NCBI GenBank assembly: GCA_964430885.1
Contig: CAYSHM010000002.1
Location: 45,009 to 109,008 of the forward strand
DNA: 64,000 bases
Source of the DNA: an uncultured archaeon
GTDB lineage: Archaea; Thermoplasmatota; Penumbrarchaeia; JASLWR01
Reading direction: 5' to 3'
Shown here: positions 58,390 to 64,000 of the stretch, one piece after another
How positions within the stretch are numbered: position 1 is the first letter of the stretch
Layout: the number at the start of each line of letters is the position of its first letter
Notes under the pieces: model-generated
Seen by the model: the letters and a program-made list of their open reading frames with translations, nothing else
What the model was told of the DNA's origin: nothing
The model's database searches: none
Made by a program: the position numbers and the translations under genes

Positions 58390-58423
58390 GGGGCCGGTTT
58401 TTACGGCCCCTCTTTTTTTTTTT
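58390..58423 (+). terminator. GC hairpin plus long poly-U terminator
   Basis: GGGGCCG-GTTTTTA-CGGCCCC then TC and T11, about 15 nt after the stop codon. Confidence 0.85.
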
Positions 58424-58582
58424 ATTTTTCTTTATTCCCCTGTGCGCTTTATGTACCCGGGCTTTTTCAACTGCAAAACCATATATATAAGAATTTTATT
58501 GGAGTCTTTGAACGCCGATAGGGTTTTTAAATTTATCAATATTGATTTTTATTGTTTTTCGATCTTCGTAATAAGGTGTGAT

Positions 58583-60232
58583 ATGATGACTGGTCTTGAC
58601 AGTGATACCCGATCATTGATATTGGAGAGTCTGATGGATTTTGCCGAGAGAGAGATGTCTGAGGATTTTCTTCTGGAAATCGATGCTGGCGGGGAGTTTC
58701 CCAAGGATCTTCTCAAAAGGATCTACGACCCGCAGGTTCTGGGTCTTCATTTGGTCCTTATCCCTGAAGAGTATGGAGGTTTCGGAGGCTCCACCTATGA
58801 TATTTACCGATTGTGTGAAAGGCTTGCCAGGATCGATCTTGGTATAGCAACTGCTATCTTCGCTACCTTTCTTGGAAGTGATCCAATAAGGGTCGGGGGT
58901 ACCCAGGAACAGAAGGAAAAATGGCTGAGTATGATAGCCGAGGAGGGTCTGCTAGTTGCCTACGGGGCCACTGAACCTGATGCCGGAAGCGACCTTGGTG
59001 CGGTAAATACAAAAGCCGAACCAGTGTTGGAGAATGGGGAAATAAAGGGCTATAAGCTTACTGGGACCAAACAATGGATTTCCAATGGCGGATTTGCCGA
59101 CCTGTACCTCATACTTGCCAAGGCTCCCGGCGGGTTCAGCTGGTTCATAATGGAATCGGGTGCTGAAGGTTTGGAAACCGGGGAACCTGAGGATAAGCAT
59201 GGAATAAGGGCTGCCAATACCGCGGCATTCAGCATGAACGAGGTATTTGTTCCTCTGGATCATCTGGTTGGTCTTAAGGAAGGCACCGGTCTATTGGAGG
59301 CCCAATCTGTTTTCGGTTATACCCGCCTCATGGTGGCCGCATTCGGACTAGGAGCCGGAGTGGAGTGTCTTGAACGATCGGTCAGGTACAGTCAGGAGCG
59401 TATTCAAAAGGGCTCTCCTCTGTCAGAAAAACTGGGTTATACCCATAAATTATTGGTACCTCATGCGGTCCGATTGGAGGCCAGCAGAGCTTATATCGAG
59501 GAAATAGCTAGCCGTTTAGATGGCGGAGAGGTGGGTCTTCAGACCGAAGGGGCCATTGCAAAATATATTGCCACTGAGAGCGGAAATGATATGGCCGAGG
59601 CGGCTATCCAAGCCCTCGGGGGTTACGGATATACAAGGGAGTACATGGTGGAGAAGATCAAAAGGGATGTAAGGATAACAATGATCTATGAAGGCACCAA
59701 TGAGATCATGGAGATGACAATATCAAGGGATAGGTGGCAGGAGCACCTGAAGAGCAGAGCCCGGTACTATCTGGACCTTGCAGATGATTATGATAAACTG
59801 CACTCGAAGCATAGTGATGTGGGTGCAGATCTTGCTGCACTTTCCTTGAGGGCCCTTCACAATGTCATTGAGAGCTGCAGGCTTCAGAGACTTACAAGAA
59901 ATCAGCACGTGTTCTTTGAGCTGGGTAGGATGATTTCTGAGGCGGAGGTGGGAATGGTCTTTACCAAAAGATGCACTCTGGATGATCTTGGAGAATCCGT
60001 GATCTATGATAAAGATACCTGGAAAGCCATGTCTAGGATCTATAACCGGGATGCGGCACTCAAGGTAATTTTAGGCGGCATCCAGCTTGTTATGGCCGCA
60101 GGTAAGGCTGATGCACCTGAAATGGCGAGGACCCTTGGGATTGAACAAGCGTTATCACTGCAATCCGGCTTGATGGATGATATGGAACTGGTAAAAAATG
60201 CATTGATGGATAAATATAAGGTTAAGAAATAG
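58583..60232 (+). CDS. Acyl-CoA dehydrogenase with C-terminal extension
   Basis: IPEEYGG.G, YGATEPDAGSD, GTKQWISNG, EDKHGIR, AIQALGGYGY..EY.VE...RD..I..IYEGTNEI. Start set at ATG 58583 after AGGTG because the upstream ORF extension runs through the terminator. Confidence 0.94.
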   Translation: MMTGLDSDTRSLILESLMDFAEREMSEDFLLEIDAGGEFPKDLLKRIYDPQVLGLHLVLIPEEYGGFGGSTYDIYRLCERLARIDLGIATAIFATFLGSDPIRVGGTQEQKEKWLSMIAEEGLLVAYGATEPDAGSDLGAVNTKAEPVLENGEIKGYKLTGTKQWISNGGFADLYLILAKAPGGFSWFIMESGAEGLETGEPEDKHGIRAANTAAFSMNEVFVPLDHLVGLKEGTGLLEAQSVFGYTRLMVAAFGLGAGVECLERSVRYSQERIQKGSPLSEKLGYTHKLLVPHAVRLEASRAYIEEIASRLDGGEVGLQTEGAIAKYIATESGNDMAEAAIQALGGYGYTREYMVEKIKRDVRITMIYEGTNEIMEMTISRDRWQEHLKSRARYYLDLADDYDKLHSKHSDVGADLAALSLRALHNVIESCRLQRLTRNQHVFFELGRMISEAEVGMVFTKRCTLDDLGESVIYDKDTWKAMSRIYNRDAALKVILGGIQLVMAAGKADAPEMARTLGIEQALSLQSGLMDDMELVKNALMDKYKVKK

Positions 60233-60278
60233 ATCAAGCAATATATTTTTAATGATGTAAACAACAATGCCTGACCTC

Positions 60279-63200
60279 TCAAGCTTTTGCAGCCTTCAGC
60301 GAATCTCTAGCCGATTTTATTAGAAAGTTCAGTCTATTGAAGACATTGACCTCAGAGGAGCCCATGTCGCAATCCAGATAGAGCAGGTTCAGGTCGGGAT
60401 ACAGTTCTCTCATCCTTTTTTCCACCCCTTTTCCGATAATATGATTGGCGATACATCCGAAAGGCTGTACACAGATCACATTGTTAACATTGTCTTCGGC
60501 AAAAGCGGCTATTTCACCGGGTATCAGCCATCCCTCTCCGAACTGGTTGGTCAAACTGACAGTGCGGGAGGCCTTTTCTGCAATCTCGCCTATGGTGTGG
60601 GTCCTTCTGTAGAATTTAAATTTCTTCTTAATTTTCTCGAATTTATTATGGTAGTAATTGACATACCATTGAGCAACATAAGACATGTAATAGCCGAATC
60701 CACCCCTTTTTGTGTCTCTGTCCTTGCTTGCTCTTGTGTTGATCATACCCTGAGTAAAGAAATCAGTTATTGGAGGAACGACCACTTCTATACCTTTATT
60801 CTGGAGCCATTCCACCATATAGAAATTGGCAAAGGGATTGAATTTCACATATATCTCGCCGACAAATCCGACAGCAGGGTATTCTCCCTTGTAGGTATCT
60901 ATACCATTGAATCTCTGGACCGCTTCCCTTAAAAGACCCTTTGCCGTCTGCTTGCTTCTCCCTCCGAAGAAATCCACCATCTTGTCTATCATAATCTCGG
61001 TCTGTATCCAAGTATCACCCTTGTTCTTCTCCCTTACAACAGTAGCATTGTAGAACTGCATAATTGAATCGGACAGTAGAAGCCCTGGAAGCCCCAGTCG
61101 TGATAATTTTTTCTTGTCGGGCTTAAATCCAGGCTGATAGTTCAATTTTTCGTTAGAGAAGTGCACAGTAACAGATGGAACATGGGCAAAACCGGCAGAT
61201 ATGAGAGCTTTGTTCAGCAGCGGAAGATAGCTCGAAGCCCTGCACTGGCCCCCGGTTTGAGATATCCCCACAGCAGTTTTATCCAGATCATATTTCCCAG
61301 ATTGCAGCGCTTTGATAATATCACCGATCACAATGGTAGCTGGATAGCATATCTCGTTATTTGTGAATTTCTGTCCCGCATCCACGCTCTTTCTGTCAGG
61401 AGGCGGCAATGTCTCGAAATCATATCCCAGCCGGTTGAGCGCAGATTCTAAAGGTGGAGAATGGAAGGGTGAGAAATAGGGAATTATGATCTTCTTTTTT
61501 GCATCCTTATCCTCAAATATTGCATTCTCCGGCATTTCCCTGATAAGGTTGCTCTTGACGAATTTCCTCTGGTACAGCGATTCCATCATCGATCTCAATC
61601 TGAGCTTGATGGATCCCGGGCTCGACACCTCATCAATCCTAATAACTGTGTGGACCTTTCCGCTCTTCTCAAGTATCCTTTTCACCTCATCGCAGACCAC
61701 AGCATCAGGTCCGCAACCGAAGGAGTTCAGCTGAACGACCTCAACATTCTTCTGACGGGCCGCCCAATTGGCAGCAGCAAAGATCCGGTTGGGATAAGAC
61801 CATTGGGTCAGAACATTGACATTTTTTAATCCGTTCCTGATATCATGGGGGATGGAATCTTCGCTTATGACGTCAGCTCCCAGATCGGTTATTATCTCAG
61901 GAACCTTCTGATTTATTACCTGGTCCAAATGATACGGCCTCCCGAGCAGGATTACAACAAGCCTGTTATCCTTTTTGGCCTTTTTAAGAATCTTTTTTCC
62001 ATGAGCTCTGGTATCTTCCCTGAATTTATTCTGCGCTTCTAAAGCTGATATGAAAGCTTTGTTGAACTTTCCCTTCTTCACACCAATGGTCTTCAGGTAT
62101 TTCCAGCAGGCTTTTTTCAGCAGTTTGTCATCACCGAAATTGATTGTTGGAGCGTCAAAGGGAATGCCGAACCTGCGCTGAGGTATTACGGCGTTTTTGA
62201 TCACATCGGGATAACCTGATACTATTGGGCAGTTGAACTCGTTCAAAGAGTTGCCGTATTCCATTCTTTCAAAAACGACCATTGGATAGAATATTCGGTC
62301 AACCTTCATTTTGCCCAGACTTAATATATGGCCATTGGTCAATTTGGCAGGAAAACAGATGTTCTCAGACATTACCGTTCTGGCACCCATTTCCTGAATA
62401 TCCTTGTTCGAAGGGGGGGATAGAACAACATCCAGTCCGGAATCCTCAAAAAGTCTCTGCCAAAAGGGCAGGTTGTCAAACAGGTTAAGTACCCTGGGAA
62501 TCCCGATCCTGACCCGATTTTTTTTTCCTGAGCTCCTGCTCCTCTCGGAACCCTTTTTATTAGACTCTGTTTTATCCAATTCGGAGAACAGCAGGTCTAG
62601 TTTGTAACCCAACAGGTTTTTTCCCCGCTGGTGTTTGGTCCCTTTATTTGTGAAATACCTCTCGCATTTATTACCGGTATAGAAGACCTTGTTGGAATCA
62701 AAGGTGAGCTTGGTAATGGAGCAGCGGTTCTCACATCCTTTGCATTTTATTAATCGCGATTTACTGTTCTTTGCAATATCTAGATTATCAAGGCCGATAA
62801 AGGTTGAGGTTTTAGCAGTTTTTTCTTTGCTTATTTCCTCCTGCCAAATATCCTTTGCCTTCAGCGCTGCACCGTAAGCCCCCATAAGCTCTGGGATGGT
62901 TGAGCATATCACCTCTCTGCCCAATAATAGTTCCATGGCCCGATGAACCCCCGGATTTCTGAATGTTCCTCCCTGGACCACAATATTTTCTCCTAGAACC
63001 GATGTATCCTTGATCTTAAGGACCTTGTAGAAACAGTTCTTTATCACTGAAAAAGCCAATCCTGCGGATATGTCCTCAACGGTTGCACCTTCCCTGAAGG
63101 ACTGTTTCACCTTTGAGTTCATGAACACAGTACACCGGGTGCCTAGGTCGGCTGGGGCCTTGGAATGAACTCCCTTTTTAGCAAATTTCTCAACCTGATA

Positions 63201-64000
63201 GCCCATGGACCTGGCAAATGTCTCGATGAAGGATCCGCATCCTGAGGAACAGGCTTCGTTAATTTCGATGTTTGTGATAACTCCTCCGTCTATGAAGATA
63301 GCTTTCATATCCTGCCCGCCGATATCCAGTATGAATGATACATCCTTTATCATTTCCGAGGCGGCCCTAAAATGTCCCAGGGTCTCCACTATTCCCAGGT
63401 CAGCAGAGAACGCAGCTTTGATAAGGTCTTCTCCGTAACCGGTTACGCAGGCTTTGGCCACATTGATATGGATATTCCCATTTATCAGCAAATCCTTCAA
63501 TTCCTCGAGGCCCTTAACTACTGTACCTATTGGATCTCCCCTGTTTGAAGAATAGAACTTGTAGGCCAGATTTCCCTTATCATCAGTAAGGACTATCTTC
63601 GTTGTGGTACTGCCGGAATCAATGCCGAGAAAACAGTCTTTTCCCTTGATATTCAACAGCTCAACGGTCTGTCCAATTTCCTTCATCCGTCCTTTTTCCC
63701 AAGTCTGGTATTCTTTTTTATTTGAGAATAACGGATCAAGACGTCCCTTGACCTTGATATCTGAATCATTATGAGTTTCAAATCGCTGAATAAGGGATCT
63801 CAGGCCGATGTTCAGCCGTTCGTCCTGATCATAAATCGCGGTCCCAATGGCAGGAAGAAGCAGAGGGTGGGAAACATCCACGCAGTCATCAGCTCTGAAT
63901 TCCAAAAATTCAATGAAATCCTTTTTCAGCATTGACAGGAATGTAGTTGGTCCGCCGCAGAACACCACCTTCGGTTTGGGATCGAAACCTCTGGCCAACG
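60279..64000 (-). CDS. 2-hydroxyacyl-CoA dehydratase activase-related fusion (BadF/BcrA ASKHA ATPase plus DUF2229), 5' partial
   Basis: LGIDSGSTTTK, VTGYG, LDIGGQDMK, NEACSSGCGSF, LGTRCTVF, ICFPAKL..GH, GRPYH, NSFGCGPD, CRASSY, QPFGCIANH; the frame continues past the window edge. Confidence 0.92.
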   Translation of the reverse strand, partial: LARGFDPKPKVVFCGGPTTFLSMLKKDFIEFLEFRADDCVDVSHPLLLPAIGTAIYDQDERLNIGLRSLIQRFETHNDSDIKVKGRLDPLFSNKKEYQTWEKGRMKEIGQTVELLNIKGKDCFLGIDSGSTTTKIVLTDDKGNLAYKFYSSNRGDPIGTVVKGLEELKDLLINGNIHINVAKACVTGYGEDLIKAAFSADLGIVETLGHFRAASEMIKDVSFILDIGGQDMKAIFIDGGVITNIEINEACSSGCGSFIETFARSMGYQVEKFAKKGVHSKAPADLGTRCTVFMNSKVKQSFREGATVEDISAGLAFSVIKNCFYKVLKIKDTSVLGENIVVQGGTFRNPGVHRAMELLLGREVICSTIPELMGAYGAALKAKDIWQEEISKEKTAKTSTFIGLDNLDIAKNSKSRLIKCKGCENRCSITKLTFDSNKVFYTGNKCERYFTNKGTKHQRGKNLLGYKLDLLFSELDKTESNKKGSERSRSSGKKNRVRIGIPRVLNLFDNLPFWQRLFEDSGLDVVLSPPSNKDIQEMGARTVMSENICFPAKLTNGHILSLGKMKVDRIFYPMVVFERMEYGNSLNEFNCPIVSGYPDVIKNAVIPQRRFGIPFDAPTINFGDDKLLKKACWKYLKTIGVKKGKFNKAFISALEAQNKFREDTRAHGKKILKKAKKDNRLVVILLGRPYHLDQVINQKVPEIITDLGADVISEDSIPHDIRNGLKNVNVLTQWSYPNRIFAAANWAARQKNVEVVQLNSFGCGPDAVVCDEVKRILEKSGKVHTVIRIDEVSSPGSIKLRLRSMMESLYQRKFVKSNLIREMPENAIFEDKDAKKKIIIPYFSPFHSPPLESALNRLGYDFETLPPPDRKSVDAGQKFTNNEICYPATIVIGDIIKALQSGKYDLDKTAVGISQTGGQCRASSYLPLLNKALISAGFAHVPSVTVHFSNEKLNYQPGFKPDKKKLSRLGLPGLLLSDSIMQFYNATVVREKNKGDTWIQTEIMIDKMVDFFGGRSKQTAKGLLREAVQRFNGIDTYKGEYPAVGFVGEIYVKFNPFANFYMVEWLQNKGIEVVVPPITDFFTQGMINTRASKDRDTKRGGFGYYMSYVAQWYVNYYHNKFEKIKKKFKFYRRTHTIGEIAEKASRTVSLTNQFGEGWLIPGEIAAFAEDNVNNVICVQPFGCIANHIIGKGVEKRMRELYPDLNLLYLDCDMGSSEVNVFNRLNFLIKSARDSLKAAKA

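Noticed and set aside
58388-58582. 65-aa N-terminal extension of the acyl-CoA dehydrogenase
   Set aside because: It translates the terminator and promoter region; the RBS sits before ATG 58583.

Overview
Archaeal chromosomal segment, most likely an uncultured anaerobic Thermoplasmatota lineage. This is inferred from ether-lipid genes (DGGGP synthase, geranylgeranyl reductase, class II HMG-CoA reductase), Taw1, Hef, archaeal RNase P RNA and subunits, a PGF-CTERM protein, GGTGA ribosome-binding sites and a CoA-substrate activase. The window holds housekeeping genes, tRNA-Ser(CGA), RNase P RNA, an eight-gene type IV pilus-like locus, five large secreted or membrane-anchored surface proteins and bacterial-type xseAB. 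I found no transposase, integrase or CRISPR array. The best leads are: (1) a three-gene DndD/Rad50-like SMC ATPase cassette (small protein, zinc-hook ATPase, DndE-like protein) sitting between pop5 and rpp21 in an RNase P gene cluster, with no modification or nuclease partners; (2) a protein with three tandem histone folds; (3) a DnaK with a C-terminal zinc ribbon, absent from the ORF track; (4) a protein with an adaptin/COPI appendage-like module; (5) an exact 22-bp-period array upstream of the pilus-associated gene run; (6) two candidate structured RNAs. All assignments come from reading motifs by eye; no searches were run.
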